Of a stretch of DNA of 64,000 nt, positions 1 through 10,231 are shown piece after piece. Each line of letters opens with the position of its first letter. Position 1 is the first letter of the stretch. The DNA is from Nitrospira japonica (GTDB taxonomy: Bacteria > Nitrospirota > Thermodesulfovibrionia > Thermodesulfovibrionales > SM23-35). The translations under genes and the position numbers were made by a program. The stretch lies in contig DYFC01000034.1 in assembly GCA_020725385.1 (NCBI GenBank), positions 32,001 through 96,000 of the forward strand, read 5' to 3'. Below the pieces are notes generated by a model that was not told the DNA's origin, did no database searches, and worked only from the letters and a program-made list of their open reading frames with translations.

Positions 1-1030
1 AATAAACACCATGAATTATTCTCATAAAGTGCATCGTTGGATAAAGACGGGCTATTATTTTTGCTTCACCCTCAAGATTCGCAACAGGCACTAATAGTCC
101 TGAATAAAGAAATGCAGGTATTACTGTTACAATAACAGTAACAATCTGTGCTGCAACCATAGTCCTTGTTACCGAAGAAACAAGCAGCCCTATTGAAACA
201 TTAATAAGCACATATACAATTGCACCGGGCACCAGATCAATAAAATTACCTTTCATTGGTATCTTAAAAAGAAGGCTTACGGTAATTATCAATATATTAA
301 AATTTATCGCTGAAATGATTAGGTAAGGTATTATCTTTCCTGTAAGAAATTCCCACTTTTTTATTGGTGTTGAGTAAATGTTATAAATTGTTCCAGTTTC
401 CTTTTCTCTGGATATTGCAAGGGCTGTTAATACAGCGGGATTCATAAGTAATATAACAGCAATCATGCTTGGTACCAAAGCATAGCTACTTTTTAAGGAT
501 TCGTTGTAGAAATAACGGGTTTCGACTTTTAGAGGAGAAATTGTTTGAAGTTTTCCTTTATATTTTTTCATTGCCATTTCTGTATTAAAAGCAGTAAGAA
601 TAGATTCACAATATCCTCTTATAGTAATTGCTCTGAAAGGATAGCCTCCGTCGATTAAAAATTGAACCTGTGCATTATTCCCCCTATAAATATTTTTGGA
701 GAAATCAGAAGGGATAATCATAACAGCTCTAAGTTTACCCGAGGATAAAAGCATTTCTGCATGTTTAAGTTCTGTTAATTCGTACTTCAAATCAAAATAT
801 CTGTTTTTGAATTTCTCTACAAGATTAGCACTCAACTGACTTTTATCATGGTCAATATACGCAAAAGGCATATTTTCGTTATCGAGACTAATTCCAAAAC
901 TAAATACATTAAACATTATGAAAGGCACAATAAATGCAAGCATAAGAAAAAGCCTGACCCTGACTATTTCCTTAATTTCTTTGGTTGTAACTGCAAATAT
1001 TCTCTTTAGACTTTCTTTTAAAAATATCAT
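1..1030 (-). CDS. ABC-2 type transporter permease (YbhR/YbhS-like), runs off the window start
   Basis: Manual translation from ATG at 1030 gives MIFLKESLKRIFAVTTKEIKEIVRVRLFLMLAFIVPFIMFNVFSFGISLDNEN..., with an ISREKETGTIYNIYSTP motif. Lies directly downstream of the ABC ATPase. Confidence 0.85.
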   Translation of the reverse strand, partial: MIFLKESLKRIFAVTTKEIKEIVRVRLFLMLAFIVPFIMFNVFSFGISLDNENMPFAYIDHDKSQLSANLVEKFKNRYFDLKYELTELKHAEMLLSSGKLRAVMIIPSDFSKNIYRGNNAQVQFLIDGGYPFRAITIRGYCESILTAFNTEMAMKKYKGKLQTISPLKVETRYFYNESLKSSYALVPSMIAVILLMNPAVLTALAISREKETGTIYNIYSTPIKKWEFLTGKIIPYLIISAINFNILIITVSLLFKIPMKGNFIDLVPGAIVYVLINVSIGLLVSSVTRTMVAAQIVTVIVTVIPAFLYSGLLVPVANLEGEAKIIARLYPTMHFMRIIHGVY

Positions 1031-1035
1031 ACCGT

Positions 1036-1098
1036 GCTCTTCGCTCTATGTTATATACTCTTTGCTCTATGCTCTTTGCTCTATGCTCTTCGCTCATT
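1036..1098. repeat. Degenerate heptanucleotide tandem repeat (GCTCTWT)x9
   Basis: gctcttc gctctat gttatat actcttt gctctat gctcttt gctctat gctcttc gctcatt. Confidence 0.85.
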
Positions 1099-2782
1099 GC
1101 TTTTCAATGAAATAAATAAAAACATCTTCCATTAATGGTTTTATCCTTTTTATGTATCTGTTGCTGATATTTGAAGATGAAAGTATGTCTTGAATTTGAT
1201 TTTCTGTAAGGTCTTTACTCCACAAATGAAATCTTCTCCCAAATGGGGCAATTGATATATTTTTTGAAATGAAAATCGTTTTATCCAGTTCTATATCGGG
1301 ATAAATTTCAAATACTTCCCCGGAAGATTCTGAAAATTGTTGTCTTAAATTTTCAGGAGTGTCAATTGCAATAACTTTTCCTTCATTCATAATAGCTATT
1401 CTGTCACAGAAGTCTGCTTCAACAAGATTATGTGTTGTAACAAGAACAGTCATACCGAGTTTCTGGGATAAAGCTCTTATCAATTGCCAGAAAGATTTTC
1501 TTGCGACAGGATCAACACCTGATGTGGGCTCATCAAGGATAAGCACATCTGGCAAATGTAAAGCAGAACATCCGAGCGCAAGCCTCTGCTTGATTCCCAG
1601 CGGGAGTCTTGATACTATCGTATCACCTTTTCCTTTAAGCCCTGCAACATTTACAACCCAATCTTTTCTAATTTTAAAATTTGCTTTATCAATGCTGTAA
1701 AGACTCGCATATAGTTCAAGATTTTCATCAACAGTCAAATCTCCATAAAGGGAAAATATCTGTGACATATATCCTATCCTGTGTTTTATTTCTTTTTCCC
1801 GTGAATCTATTCCAAGAACTTTAATTGTGCCTGAATCGGATTTTAAGATTGATAATATGCACTTAAGCAATGTTGTTTTCCCTGCACCATTTGGGCCAAG
1901 AAAACCAAAAATCTCACCTGTGTTTATTGTTAAGCTTATATTGTCGAGTGCTTTAAAAGAACCAAAAAACTTGCTAACACCCTGTATATCTATAGCAATA
2001 TCATTGAGACCAATTTTACTTTTTTCAAAAGGAACTTCATAGTAAGGAATATCCTTGTCTTTCAGAAGCAAATTAAAAAAAGCATTTTCAAGGTCATTAT
2101 ATCCGGATACAAGCATTTCAGGATCGCCTGAAAATAATATTTCACCATCGTGAAGAAATCTTACTGAATAACATCTCTCAGCTTCATCCATATAAGAAGT
2201 GGCAAGTATTAGAGTTGTTCCTGTTTCTGTAATGAAATTATTAAGAATCTCCCATAATTGTCTTCTTGATAAAGGATCAACACCTGTTGATGGTTCATCG
2301 AGTAAAACAACTTCTGGATTGGATATAAGGGAGCAACATATTCCAAGTTTTTGTTTCATGCCGCCAGAAAGATTTCGTGCATGCCGTGTTCTAAATGGAA
2401 TTAGTCCTGTCGCAAATAATAATTTTTCTTTAAGTTCATTTCGCTTGTTAATTGGAACATCTTTTATTGCTGCAAAAAAATCAATATTTTCTTCTACAGA
2501 CAAATCCATGTATAAATTTAATCCAAGCCCCTGTGGCATAAAACTCAACCATTTTTTTATTGCTTCAGGTTGTTTTTTTATATCTATGTTTTTGAATTTT
2601 GCCTGACCTTCAAATGATAAGACTCCTGCACATATTTTCATCAAAGTGCTTTTACCTGCGCCATCAGGCCCGATTATGCCTGTAATTTCAGAGGATGCTA
2701 TATCAATGTCAATATTTTTTAGAGCCAGAGTTTTTCTATACTTTTTTGAGACATTCTTAAGCGATATTAGAGGATTATTCAT
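1094..2782 (-). CDS. ABC transporter ATP-binding protein with two ATPase domains (YbhF-like)
   Basis: Two Walker A motifs (GPDGAGKS, GPNGAGKT), LSGGMKQ signature, LLDEP Walker B motifs. Confidence 0.92.
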   Translation of the reverse strand: MNNPLISLKNVSKKYRKTLALKNIDIDIASSEITGIIGPDGAGKSTLMKICAGVLSFEGQAKFKNIDIKKQPEAIKKWLSFMPQGLGLNLYMDLSVEENIDFFAAIKDVPINKRNELKEKLLFATGLIPFRTRHARNLSGGMKQKLGICCSLISNPEVVLLDEPSTGVDPLSRRQLWEILNNFITETGTTLILATSYMDEAERCYSVRFLHDGEILFSGDPEMLVSGYNDLENAFFNLLLKDKDIPYYEVPFEKSKIGLNDIAIDIQGVSKFFGSFKALDNISLTINTGEIFGFLGPNGAGKTTLLKCILSILKSDSGTIKVLGIDSREKEIKHRIGYMSQIFSLYGDLTVDENLELYASLYSIDKANFKIRKDWVVNVAGLKGKGDTIVSRLPLGIKQRLALGCSALHLPDVLILDEPTSGVDPVARKSFWQLIRALSQKLGMTVLVTTHNLVEADFCDRIAIMNEGKVIAIDTPENLRQQFSESSGEVFEIYPDIELDKTIFISKNISIAPFGRRFHLWSKDLTENQIQDILSSSNISNRYIKRIKPLMEDVFIYFIEKQ

Positions 2783-2807
2783 ATTAATTATGAAGATGCT
2801 GGAAATT

Positions 2808-3896
2808 TTATTTTGTTTTGATATTAAATCTTACATCAACAGGCATACCTTTTTTCAAAGTCGAAATCCCTTTGTCAGTCTCATCAATTTTTGAAGATTT
2901 GACGCAAACTTTAACAGCAAATACCTGCTTAACTCTTTCTTCGTATGACTGTACTTCTTTTGGTGTGAATTCAGCCTTATCAGAAATATAACAAACATAG
3001 CCTTTGATTGGTTTATCCGGATATGCATCGGTAAATATTTCTGCTTCAATATTATTATTAAGATTGCCAATGTATTTTTCAGGCACAAAAGTTCTTATAT
3101 GTATGCTTTCAGGATTAATCATTGTTCCGATTACGCTTCCACTTGAAATAACCTCCCCGGACTCTGCAATTTTTCTCAGAATTATTCCATCAACGGGTGC
3201 TGTAATTTTTGTATAGCCAAGATTTATATCAGCCTGCTGTAATAATTCTTTTAATTGCCCGAGAGATTTTTTCATTGAGAGGATTTCCTGTTCCTTTGCG
3301 TTTATTAAAATTCTTGAATCTTCCGCTTTTTTCAATGCAACTTTTGCTTTCTCAACATCGCTCAATGCAACTTTATTCTCTTCGGATGAAAGATCAAATG
3401 CAAGTTTTACAGAATCAAATCTCTCTTTTGATATTACATCTTTCTCAAGAAGCGCTGAATATCTCATAAGTTCTTTCCTTGCATTCTCAAGTTTTGTATT
3501 TGATTGTTTTAGTCTTGCTTCTGATGCTTCGAGCACTCTTTTTGCTTCTTCAATAGAATGTGATATGTTGTTTCTTGTGAATTCAAGATTTAATTCTGCT
3601 GCTTTGATGCTTTCTGTTATTTCAGCGATTTTGTTTAATATTTCCCTTCGTTTCGATTGAATTTCATCATCTTCAAGGAAGGCTATTAAATCACCTTTTT
3701 TTACATTAGAGCCGTCATTTATTAGAACTTTTGCAAGTCTTCCGGAAATTCTTGAAGATAATTCTATTTCATCGGCTTCAACCCTTCCACTTACTTTAAG
3801 AAGATTTTCTTTTGGTTTCAGATAGGGCAGCAAGATAAATATTAACAATATAATAGCGGTTATAATTAAACCTGAAATCAAAATTTTCTTTCTCAT
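2808..3896 (-). CDS. HlyD-family efflux periplasmic adaptor (YbhG-like)
   Basis: N-terminal TM anchor, SGRVEA, coiled coil, ISDKAEFTPKEVQ motif. Confidence 0.88.
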   Translation of the reverse strand: MRKKILISGLIITAIILLIFILLPYLKPKENLLKVSGRVEADEIELSSRISGRLAKVLINDGSNVKKGDLIAFLEDDEIQSKRREILNKIAEITESIKAAELNLEFTRNNISHSIEEAKRVLEASEARLKQSNTKLENARKELMRYSALLEKDVISKERFDSVKLAFDLSSEENKVALSDVEKAKVALKKAEDSRILINAKEQEILSMKKSLGQLKELLQQADINLGYTKITAPVDGIILRKIAESGEVISSGSVIGTMINPESIHIRTFVPEKYIGNLNNNIEAEIFTDAYPDKPIKGYVCYISDKAEFTPKEVQSYEERVKQVFAVKVCVKSSKIDETDKGISTLKKGMPVDVRFNIKTK

Positions 3897-3899
3897 ATT

Positions 3900-5672
3900 T
3901 TACCAGCTACCTCCACCGCCTCCGCCAAAACCTCCACCGGATGAGCCGCCACCAAACCCTCTGCCGGAACTAACCCCGCTTCCTCTTGGTGCGGAAAACA
4001 TTGCCGAAGCCATGCTTGAAGTTGCCGAACTTATTGAGCGCGAAAAACTATGGGGGTGGAATGTTCCGATGCCTGTGTGAGAAACATACCAGTTAGGCAT
4101 CTCCTGAAATATTCCCTCAAAAGCTTTTGCCCAGTTATCAACAACATCAAGTGCAATAGCATAAGGCAGAAATTTTGAAAAAAGATCCTTATCACCCATT
4201 CTTAAAAGTCTATCTTTCTCCGCACGGTTTAAAAATTCCCTGAAACCAAGAATTTCCATATAAGCCTTAGTACCTATTTTTGTTTTCACAGGCATTGCTT
4301 TGGCAAATAAGATAACAGGGATACCTGTCAACAATCCAGCTATCAGACCTGCCGGAGAATTTGATGCAACAGGGAGAATAAAACTACAAATAATTAAAAT
4401 TATTATGCCTATAATAATATAGGTTTGTCTAACCTTTTCGGGGCTTACAAGAAAATATTTCTTTGAGACAAGTTCTTCATATAAAGTCTTTTTTAGAAGA
4501 TTAAGATTTTTATAAAATTCATTCTTCATTTCAGAAACCATTCTTCCGGATACAGGCAAATCCGTAGTGAATATTTTATTCAAAAGCATCTTTTCAAATA
4601 TACTTAAATTATCATCTGGCTCTTTTATTCTTTTTAAATAATAATCTGTTGAATCAAACAAAATACCTTCTTTTTTTATTTCTTCAATCTGAATATATCC
4701 TTTTACTGCAAGACCCACAATTGTTGAAGTTATGTCTCTTGGATCAAGTTTTTCATCAATCAATGTGCCTGCTTCTCCAGGTGTTATATAATTGTTATTA
4801 AACTTTGGTGGCTCATACATAACTGTAATTGATTCTCTCACTTCAGGATCTCTACCTTTTTTTCTCCATAGGTTAAACATGATAATTAATGATATTAAAG
4901 GAACTATAAATACCCAGTTCTGCCTTAGATTCAAAAACCAGATTAATCTTTTTAATCTTGATGGCTGAACGACAAGCCCTTTATCCCAGCCAAAAGCTAC
5001 TGTGAATCCTTCACGTACTCCGAGATTTCTGACTGTTAGAAAATTTCCACTGTTGTTTGATGTCTCGAAACGACAGGCAGTTTCTTTTGATCCTGTAGCG
5101 CCAGTATAGCAAGCTGCCCACAAGTTATGGCTCTGTTTTGTTGTAGAAAGATTAATATTGGCTGAAGCTTCTTTTATTGGAGCCCACCAATAATTGCCTG
5201 TGACATTCCAATAAAGCTCATCATGATCTTCAAAAAATAAGATAGCGTTTTCAACATTGTAAGAAATTATATACGTTTGCAAACCATCAATATATTTTTG
5301 GGGATCGCCTATACGGATATTTATTACATTTCCTTTTCTACTAACATTGTATTTCCATTTGTTTCCGTTTCTATCGGTAACGGATAATATATCCACCGGT
5401 GTAATTATTGTTCCTCCTCTATCATCCGAATATCTGTAAGGTATTTCTCTATATATACCATGTTTTTGTCTATGAAATTCTACAGTAATATTTTCGGTAA
5501 CAGTAATTGAGGAATCCTCTTTAATTAAAATATCAGAATGAAATTTATTTATTGTAAAATCCTGGGCAAGTGCAGGGGTAATAATATTAATTGATAAAAA
5601 AATTATCAATAAGGCAAAAATTTTTAATAAAAAATAAAATTCATGAAAATAATTATTGTATTTGCTTTTCAT
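3900..5672 (-). CDS. DUF2207 family membrane protein
   Basis: HGIYREIP, DELYWNVTG, LPYAIAL, Gly-rich C-terminus ending GGGGGGSW; adjacent to lemA. Confidence 0.88.
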   Translation of the reverse strand: MKSKYNNYFHEFYFLLKIFALLIIFLSINIITPALAQDFTINKFHSDILIKEDSSITVTENITVEFHRQKHGIYREIPYRYSDDRGGTIITPVDILSVTDRNGNKWKYNVSRKGNVINIRIGDPQKYIDGLQTYIISYNVENAILFFEDHDELYWNVTGNYWWAPIKEASANINLSTTKQSHNLWAACYTGATGSKETACRFETSNNSGNFLTVRNLGVREGFTVAFGWDKGLVVQPSRLKRLIWFLNLRQNWVFIVPLISLIIMFNLWRKKGRDPEVRESITVMYEPPKFNNNYITPGEAGTLIDEKLDPRDITSTIVGLAVKGYIQIEEIKKEGILFDSTDYYLKRIKEPDDNLSIFEKMLLNKIFTTDLPVSGRMVSEMKNEFYKNLNLLKKTLYEELVSKKYFLVSPEKVRQTYIIIGIIILIICSFILPVASNSPAGLIAGLLTGIPVILFAKAMPVKTKIGTKAYMEILGFREFLNRAEKDRLLRMGDKDLFSKFLPYAIALDVVDNWAKAFEGIFQEMPNWYVSHTGIGTFHPHSFSRSISSATSSMASAMFSAPRGSGVSSGRGFGGGSSGGGFGGGGGGSW

Positions 5673-5688
5673 TATTTTGACTGTAGCA

Positions 5689-6249
5689 TTATGAAAAGCT
5701 AACCTTTACAGGCTTTCTTTCGACCTCAGGAGACTCAAGTTCAAAGAATTCTTCCTGCTTGAAATTAAATGTGCCAGCAATTATATTCGAAGGAAATGAC
5801 TCTATAGTTATATTGAAATCCCTTACAACAGCATTATAATATCTTCTTGCATATTCAATATTGTCTTCAAGTTCTTTGAGCTGGGACTGCAATTGTAAAA
5901 AATTTGTATTAGCTTTCAAATCAGGATAGGCCTCAGCGAGAGCAAAAAGACTTTTTAAAGTAGATGTAAGCATATTTTCAGCTTTTGCCTTATCTGCTGG
6001 AGATGAAGCATTCATTGCCATGTTTCTTGCTTTTGTTACATTCTCAAAAGTTGTTTTTTCATGAGAAGCATATCCTTTAACTGTTTCTACAAGGTTCGGA
6101 ACAAGATCATATCTCTTTTTTAATTGAACATCTATATCAGACCATGAAGATTTAACAGTATTACGGAGTTTTATCAATTTGTTATATATTGCTACACCAT
6201 AAAACAAAACAAGTAAAACTACACCAGAAATAATAAGTAAAGCAATCAT
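5689..6249 (-). CDS. lemA: LemA family protein
   Basis: [29 protein letters not shown] and [16 protein letters not shown] motifs; ATG at 6249 follows a GGGGG SD-like sequence. Confidence 0.92.
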   Translation of the reverse strand: MIALLIISGVVLLVLFYGVAIYNKLIKLRNTVKSSWSDIDVQLKKRYDLVPNLVETVKGYASHEKTTFENVTKARNMAMNASSPADKAKAENMLTSTLKSLFALAEAYPDLKANTNFLQLQSQLKELEDNIEYARRYYNAVVRDFNITIESFPSNIIAGTFNFKQEEFFELESPEVERKPVKVSFS

Positions 6250-6601
6250 CTTTCCCCCTAAGTTATTGTATATAAGCAAATCTATAAATTAATTGGTCAT
6301 TATGACCGAGCCCGGTTATAGCTATATCAATATGGATTATAAACCTTCTAGGAATATTCTCGAGCTCGTTAACTTTTTCTTCTATTTCAGGCATATTGAT
6401 AACTCCTCATTAATTTCATATTCTACCATAAAAAAACAACTTATCTTACAAATAAGCTGTTTGAACAAAAATACAAATAAACATGTAATAGGGTATAGGA
6501 AGAGCAGAGACCAAAGAACTGTAAAGCGTAAGGCATGAACACGCAAACAGCTAAAGAGTTAACGTGGGCAAGTAATACTTGAATCTGGATACTTGATTTT
6601 T

Positions 6602-8782
6602 TTAGTGCGTCTTACGATTTCCTTTGACTTCGAATTTAACCGAGTCAAGAATGTTTTCATGTTTATCAATTAATTGAACTGTGTGTTTTCCTGAAACAGG
6701 TTTTATTATCAGCGGCATTTTTGTATTCATATTTGTGTTATGTCCATCAAATACCCATGATATTTCATCGCTTAATGGATTTGCTTCAATAATGATTTTC
6801 TGTATTTCATCTGGAATGTCAGGATCAAGAGTTATTATAGTGCCATCAGGAGGATAAACAATTTGCGGGATAAAGTGTTTTTCATTTAAAGAAATTATGT
6901 GTCTTGAACTTTCTTTAAATGACGGTTCTGTGCCTTTAATAAACCATTCCTCTATTTCTAAAAGATTGGTTGAATCGATGAATACAGGCTTCTTTACTAT
7001 GCCATCAGGAGGTTTAATTTCTTCATCAATATTATCCTTATAGAGATAATTCATTATAGAAAGCCAAATAGGAGCAGCTCCTGTTATTCCTGTTACATTC
7101 CACATTGCCTCACCTGAAAAATTACCAACCCATACGCCTACTGTATATTTATTTGTATAACCAATGCACCAGTTGTCTCTCATATCTTTGCTTGTGCCTG
7201 TTTTTACCGAACTCCGGAATTTTGTATTCAAAGGGTTTTCTAAACTAAATGTATAAACTCTTGCCTCTCTGTCAGAAAGTATATCAGATATTATAAAAGC
7301 AGCCTCTGGTGAGAATACCCGAAATTTAGTATGTAAAACATCTTTATTTTGCAACCTTAAATTACTATATATGCCTCCATTTGCGAGCATTCGGTAAGCA
7401 TTAACAAGTTCATATAATGTAACATCAGCCGAGCCAAGAGCTAAAGAATGGCCGTAATAATCTGCATTTCTCAGATTTTTAAACCCCGATTCTTTAAGTT
7501 TCAGGACAAAATTTTCTATTCCAATCAGCGATAATGTTCTTACAGCAGGAACGTTTAATGATGAGGCAAGAGCAGTTCTTAAAGTAACCAGACCTTTAAA
7601 ATCATTTTCATAATTTTGTGGTTTATATATCCCATATTCTGTTGAAATATCAACAGGACTATCCGGGATAATTGATGCGGCAGTCAGCAAATGTTTATCT
7701 ATGCTTAGTGCGTATAGAAACGGTTTCAGGGTTGAACCTGCCTGTCTTTTTGCTCTTACACCGTCAACATATGGAGCAACCGAGCCTTTCCCGATGCTTC
7801 CAACATAAGCCAGTATATCGCCAGATTTATTTTCAACAACAATAGCTGCTCCATCATTCACATTCCTTGATTTAAGAGAAGAAATATGTTCTTCTAAAGT
7901 TTCGGAAACAAAACGCTGAATATCATAATCCAGAGTGGTAGAAATGGACTCTGTTCCAAAATAGGTAGGATTAATATTATTGTCATTCCTGTTTAAGAGA
8001 ATATGTGCTACATGCGGAGCAAGATTTTCTTTTTGTCTTACATAATATTTTCTATTGAATGTTTCTTTTATCTTTTCTTCAATTTTTTCTGGTTCAACGA
8101 CAGGCGTAAGGGATTGATTTAATAAATTAGCTCTATTAATAATTTTATCTATTTCCGCATTTGGTGAACGAATAAGTACAGCAAGAATAATTGATTCAAC
8201 GCTATTCAAACCCGATGGTTCTTTATTAAAAAGACATCTTGATGCAGCGGCAATTCCCTGCAACTCTCCTCTATATGTAACAAGATTTAGATAGGCTTCA
8301 AGTATTTCATCTTTTGACCAGATTTTCTCAATTTCAAGTGCTTCTTTCATCTGTCTCCATTTCTGTAAAACTGATCTGCCATTCTGCGCCGGTTTTAATT
8401 CTTCATTAAGAAGAGAAACAAGTTGCATTGTAATAGTGCTTGCCCCTCTTTTTGTTTTACCAGTAATATTTTTGATTAAGGTAGAAATAACAGAAAGCCA
8501 GTCAACACCGTAATGGCTGTAGAACCTTTTGTCTTCTGAATAAATAACAGCTTCTATCAGAGCTGGAGAGATGTCTTTTAAAGAAATCCATTCAAGTTTT
8601 CTTATATCGGGATTAAACCGCAATTCATGAATGATTTTCCCATTTCTGTCAAAAAGAAGTGCATCGGATGTAACATAAGAGTTTTTTACCTCCTGAAAAG
8701 AAGGCAAGGCATAAACATCAGAAACTACTAAAAGTATAAATAAGATAAGAAATTTATTTAAAATGAAAAATTTTTTTTTCAT
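6602..8782 (-). CDS. pbpC: Penicillin-binding protein 1C
   Basis: Transglycosylase motifs EDKRFY and GASTITMQL; transpeptidase motifs GSTLKPF, SLN, KTGTS; PBP1C-type C-terminal domain. Confidence 0.88.
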   Translation of the reverse strand: MKKKFFILNKFLILFILLVVSDVYALPSFQEVKNSYVTSDALLFDRNGKIIHELRFNPDIRKLEWISLKDISPALIEAVIYSEDKRFYSHYGVDWLSVISTLIKNITGKTKRGASTITMQLVSLLNEELKPAQNGRSVLQKWRQMKEALEIEKIWSKDEILEAYLNLVTYRGELQGIAAASRCLFNKEPSGLNSVESIILAVLIRSPNAEIDKIINRANLLNQSLTPVVEPEKIEEKIKETFNRKYYVRQKENLAPHVAHILLNRNDNNINPTYFGTESISTTLDYDIQRFVSETLEEHISSLKSRNVNDGAAIVVENKSGDILAYVGSIGKGSVAPYVDGVRAKRQAGSTLKPFLYALSIDKHLLTAASIIPDSPVDISTEYGIYKPQNYENDFKGLVTLRTALASSLNVPAVRTLSLIGIENFVLKLKESGFKNLRNADYYGHSLALGSADVTLYELVNAYRMLANGGIYSNLRLQNKDVLHTKFRVFSPEAAFIISDILSDREARVYTFSLENPLNTKFRSSVKTGTSKDMRDNWCIGYTNKYTVGVWVGNFSGEAMWNVTGITGAAPIWLSIMNYLYKDNIDEEIKPPDGIVKKPVFIDSTNLLEIEEWFIKGTEPSFKESSRHIISLNEKHFIPQIVYPPDGTIITLDPDIPDEIQKIIIEANPLSDEISWVFDGHNTNMNTKMPLIIKPVSGKHTVQLIDKHENILDSVKFEVKGNRKTH

Positions 8783-8803
8783 TTCACGACTATAAAAATA
8801 ATT

Positions 8804-10231
8804 TTAAGTTATTAATTTTCTCGTGTCCCAGAATTTCCATTTTAGGTAGTCATTAATGCCTTTAGCTGCTTTTCTGCCTGCACCCATCGCAAGAATTACT
8901 GTTGCAGCGCCTGTAACAATATCACCTCCTGCAAATATGCCGGGTTTTGAAGTCATTCCTGTTTCATGGTCAGCGATTATATAATTTTTCTTGTTAAGAG
9001 CAAGATCTGGTATTGTGCTGGTTAGCAATGTATTCGACCTTGTTCCTATAGCAGGTATTGCAACATCTATATCAAGCTTAAACTCGCTTCCTTTTATTGG
9101 TACAGGTTTCCTCCTTCCAGAAGCATCAGGCTCGCCAAGTTCCATTTTTATACATTCAACAGCACAAACATTTCCTTTGCCATCATCAATGAATTTTAAT
9201 GGAGCAGTGAGAAACATGAATTCAATTCCTTCTTCTTTTGCGTGATGTATTTCTGCTTTCCTTGCAGGCATTTCTTCTTCAGAGCGACGGTAAATGAGAT
9301 ATACTTTTTCCGAGCCAAGCCTTAAAGCAACTCTTGCAGCATCCATTGCAACATTGCCGCCTCCAAATACAGCTACATTTTTTCCTTTTTTAATAGGTGT
9401 ATCATATTCGGGAAAAAGATAAGCTTTCATAAGATTTGCTCTTGTAAGAAATTCATTCGCAGAATAAATTCCATTTAAGTTTTCACCCGGAATTCCAAGA
9501 AAAACAGGCAGTCCCGCGCCTGCCCCAATATAACATGCATCATAACCCTGTTTATTCATGAGGTCATCTATAGTAAAAAGTTTCCCTATTACCGAATTAA
9601 GTCTTATCTCAACTCCGAGCTTTTTTATATATTCAACTTCTTTTTCAACTATAACCTTTGGCAATCTGAATTCCGGTATCCCGTAAATAAGGACTCCCCC
9701 GGGTTTGTGGAGTGCTTCAAACAATGTAACCCGATGTCCTTCTTTTATAAGATCTGCTGCGCATGAAAGTCCTCCGGGTCCGGAGCCGATTACAGCAACT
9801 TTTCTTCCTGTTGATTTAGGTTTTTCCGGTATTTGTATTTCACCGCTTTCACGTTCAAAATCAGCGACAAATCTTTCAAGATTACCAATTGCAACTGGCT
9901 CTCCTTTTTTTCCAAGAATACATCTTGATTCGCACTGTATTTCTTGAGGACAAACTCTTCCACATACAGCAGGCATTGCATTTTCTTCTTTTATTTTCCA
10001 TGCTGCTTCTATAAATTTTCCTTGTTTAATTAATTTAATAAATGCAGGTATATCAATCGATACAGGGCATCCTTCCCTGCATGTAGGTTTTGCACAATTT
10101 AAACAACGGGAAGCTTCTTCAACAGCTTCTTTAGGAGAATAACCAAAAGGCACTTCATCAAAATTTCTTGCTCTTATTATAGGGTCCTGTTCTCTCATCC
10201 TGATTCTGCTTTTTTGTTTCTTTTCTTCCAT
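8804..10231 (-). CDS. nfnB: NfnB/SudA-like large subunit of NADH-dependent ferredoxin:NADP+ oxidoreductase (GltD-like)
   Basis: EASRCLNC..C..GCP, CGRVCPQE.QCE, GSGPGGL, YGIPEFRLPK, GGGNVAMD, AGGDIVTGAATVILAMGAGR; overlaps the small subunit gene. Confidence 0.88.
   Translation of the reverse strand: MEEKKQKSRIRMREQDPIIRARNFDEVPFGYSPKEAVEEASRCLNCAKPTCREGCPVSIDIPAFIKLIKQGKFIEAAWKIKEENAMPAVCGRVCPQEIQCESRCILGKKGEPVAIGNLERFVADFERESGEIQIPEKPKSTGRKVAVIGSGPGGLSCAADLIKEGHRVTLFEALHKPGGVLIYGIPEFRLPKVIVEKEVEYIKKLGVEIRLNSVIGKLFTIDDLMNKQGYDACYIGAGAGLPVFLGIPGENLNGIYSANEFLTRANLMKAYLFPEYDTPIKKGKNVAVFGGGNVAMDAARVALRLGSEKVYLIYRRSEEEMPARKAEIHHAKEEGIEFMFLTAPLKFIDDGKGNVCAVECIKMELGEPDASGRRKPVPIKGSEFKLDIDVAIPAIGTRSNTLLTSTIPDLALNKKNYIIADHETGMTSKPGIFAGGDIVTGAATVILAMGAGRKAAKGINDYLKWKFWDTRKLIT

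Noticed and set aside
918-1115. 65-aa plus-strand ORF and the many other short antisense or overlapping ORFs in the track
   Set aside because: They overlap well-supported genes on the other strand or frame, or translate repeat tracts, and show no recognizable motifs.
8804-10231. Glutamate synthase small subunit
   Set aside because: There is no gltB large subunit nearby, and pairing with a PyrK-like gene is the NfnAB/SudAB signature.
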